From NCBI GenBank assembly GCA_041640635.1, contig JBEPZX010000005.1, forward strand, positions 1 to 64,000: a stretch of DNA of 64,000 nucleotides, read 5' to 3'. A model generated the notes under the pieces. It was not told the origin of the DNA, did no database searches, and saw only the letters and a program-made list of their open reading frames with translations. Both the position numbers and the translations under genes were made by a program. The stretch is from Aquificaceae bacterium (GTDB lineage Bacteria > Aquificota > Aquificia > Aquificales > Aquificaceae). Of this stretch, positions 62,541-64,000 are shown piece by piece; position 1 is the first letter of the stretch; each line of letters begins with the position of its first letter.

Positions 62541-62894
62541 ATGGACAGATATACACAAGTTCTGCAAGAACTAATAAGAAATACTGGCCTAGAAGGTGCT
62601 AGTTTAGTCTCCTCTGATGGACTACCCGTTTCTTCCGTTTTAAAACCAGGGATGGAAGAAGATAGAATAGCGGCAATGAGTGCCGCAATACTTTCACTAA
62701 GTGAACGTGTAGCTGAGGAATTACGTAAAGGACTATTGGAACAGATAACGATAAAAGGTCATGAGGGTTATGTGGTTTTAACAGGTATAGGACAGGATGC
62801 TGTACTCGTTGTTTTAGCAGATAACAATGCAAAGCTTGGTTTAATTCTTATGGAAATAAGAAAAGCACAAGATAAACTAAAGTCAATGATATAA
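62541..62894 (+). CDS. Roadblock/LC7 domain protein (MglB/CvnB-like)
   Basis: LVSSDGLPV, DRIAAMSAAILSL, KLGLILME; AAGGAGG SD. Confidence 0.92.
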   Translation: MDRYTQVLQELIRNTGLEGASLVSSDGLPVSSVLKPGMEEDRIAAMSAAILSLSERVAEELRKGLLEQITIKGHEGYVVLTGIGQDAVLVVLADNNAKLGLILMEIRKAQDKLKSMI

Positions 62895-62907
62895 ACAGAG
62901 GTATTAA

Positions 62908-63600
62908 ATGGCATTAACAGGTGATTTAAGCACCTTTAATTTTGTAGATATACTCCAAGTTATAGCTAAAGATAGAAAAAGCGGTATTTTAGTAGTAGAT
63001 TGGAAAGATATAATGATTGTGTATTACGTAAAGGATGGAGAAATTGTATTCGCTAGACCAGTAGATAGAATCTTCAGGGTTTACGCGGAAAGAAATTTTG
63101 AACAGATGCTCTCCAAACTGAGGATAAGCAAGGATGTCCTGCATAAGACAATAGAAAGATTCCTTCTTTCTAGGTTTGATAATAAGCAAGGGATTTTTTC
63201 TCTTACACCAGGGTTTATTGAGTATCCACAAGAAGTACCTGTTCATTATCCTATAGAAGAGCTCATATTTATTGCATCTAGGTCACTTACTCCTGAAGAA
63301 GTAGATAGACGTATATCTGATGACATGCTTCTTTTCGATAAAAGCTCAAATCTGGAAGAAAAAATAGAAAAGGCCAAGTTAACAAAGGAAGAAATGCAAG
63401 TTTTAGACTTAATAAATGGTGCCAGAACAGTTGGAGAAATAAGGCTCGCGTCTGGACTTGATAGATTGACGGTAGATAGAACTTTGTATGCCCTTCTGGC
63501 TATAGGTGTTATACACAGAAAGAAAAAGGAAAGGCAGCAAAAACCTCCAATCACCTTAGAACTTCTTACAAAAGTTATAGAAAAAATAAAGGGGCTTTAA
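62908..63600 (+). CDS. DUF4388 (PATAN-like) domain + winged-helix protein
   Basis: MALTGDLSTFNFVDILQ..RKSGIL..YVKDGEIVFA; LTKEEMQVLDLINGARTVGEI..LYALL..GVI. Confidence 0.85.
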   Translation: MALTGDLSTFNFVDILQVIAKDRKSGILVVDWKDIMIVYYVKDGEIVFARPVDRIFRVYAERNFEQMLSKLRISKDVLHKTIERFLLSRFDNKQGIFSLTPGFIEYPQEVPVHYPIEELIFIASRSLTPEEVDRRISDDMLLFDKSSNLEEKIEKAKLTKEEMQVLDLINGARTVGEIRLASGLDRLTVDRTLYALLAIGVIHRKKKERQQKPPITLELLTKVIEKIKGL

Positions 63601-63601
63601 T

Positions 63602-64000
63602 ATGGGAATAATAAAAAAAATAAAAATAGTAGTGGCTGGTCCCTTTGCAGCTGGAAAAACACAATTTATAAATACGGTAAGCGAGATAAAAACTGTACGC
63701 ACAGAAAGGAAAACTCAATCTGCGGGTGAAAAGGCTGTCAAAGACTATACAACTGTAGCTATGGACTTTGGAAAAATAAAAATAGATGATGAACATGAGC
63801 TCTATTTGTTCGGTACACCAGGACAGTTAAGGTTTGATTTCATGTGGGAAATACTTGGAGAGGGGGCATTAGGTATCATAATCTTGGTAGATAGTACGAA
63901 TCCTTCTACATTTCATGATGCGAGACGAATAATAAATTTTTTTCAGTCGCGTTTTCCAGTACCTATAGTTATAGGTGCCAACAAACAGGATCTTCCGAAT
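63602..64000 (+). CDS. MglA/CvnD-type small Ras-like GTPase (3'-truncated by window edge), missing from ORF track
   Basis: Manual translation MGIIKKIKIVVAGPFAAGKTQFI...TTVAMDFGKI...LFGTPGQLRFDFMW...LVDS...ANKQDLP. Confidence 0.92.
   Translation, partial: MGIIKKIKIVVAGPFAAGKTQFINTVSEIKTVRTERKTQSAGEKAVKDYTTVAMDFGKIKIDDEHELYLFGTPGQLRFDFMWEILGEGALGIIILVDSTNPSTFHDARRIINFFQSRFPVPIVIGANKQDLPN

Noticed and set aside
1..64000. CRISPR array, IS elements, prophage or rRNA genes
   Set aside because: No regularly spaced repeats, transposase/integrase/phage ORFs or rRNA sequence found; nearly all DNA is accounted for by identified genes.

Overview
AT-rich chromosomal window from an Aquificaceae bacterium (Hydrogenobacter/Thermocrinis/Aquifex-like). 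This assignment is an inference from lineage-typical features: NusG with an inserted domain, N-terminally extended S19, RpoB/RpoC insertions, an S10 cluster ending at rpsQ and a stand-alone nuoG. Most of the window is housekeeping. A ~23.6 kb minus-strand cluster runs tRNA-Thr/Tyr/Gly/Thr, tuf, rpmG, tRNA-Trp, secE, nusG, rplKAJL, rpoBC, rpsLG, fusA, tuf, rpsJ..rpsQ. Other genes include ribD, fmt, aspS, purH, dnaE, nuoG, radC, prmC, secG, argB, fabD, thrC, accA, pncB, galU, murG, feoAB and secD. I saw no CRISPR array, prophage or IS element. The most interesting signals are: (1) a conservon-like roadblock / DUF4388-wHTH / MglA-type small GTPase module at the right edge with no upstream sensor kinase; (2) a tandem, catalytically degenerate HEPN(DUF86)-like gene coupled to a YmdB-type phosphodiesterase behind tRNA-Leu; (3) about 10 housekeeping genes with a -10 hexamer 6-9 nt before the ATG and no SD, suggesting leaderless mRNAs; (4) an unannotated 30-aa FeoB-associated Cys-containing membrane peptide; (5) apparent gene conversion between the two tuf copies extending into their flanks; (6) a terminator plus perfect consensus promoter that uncouples rpoBC from rplL. 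All calls come from reading the sequence and recognising motifs; no database searches were run.
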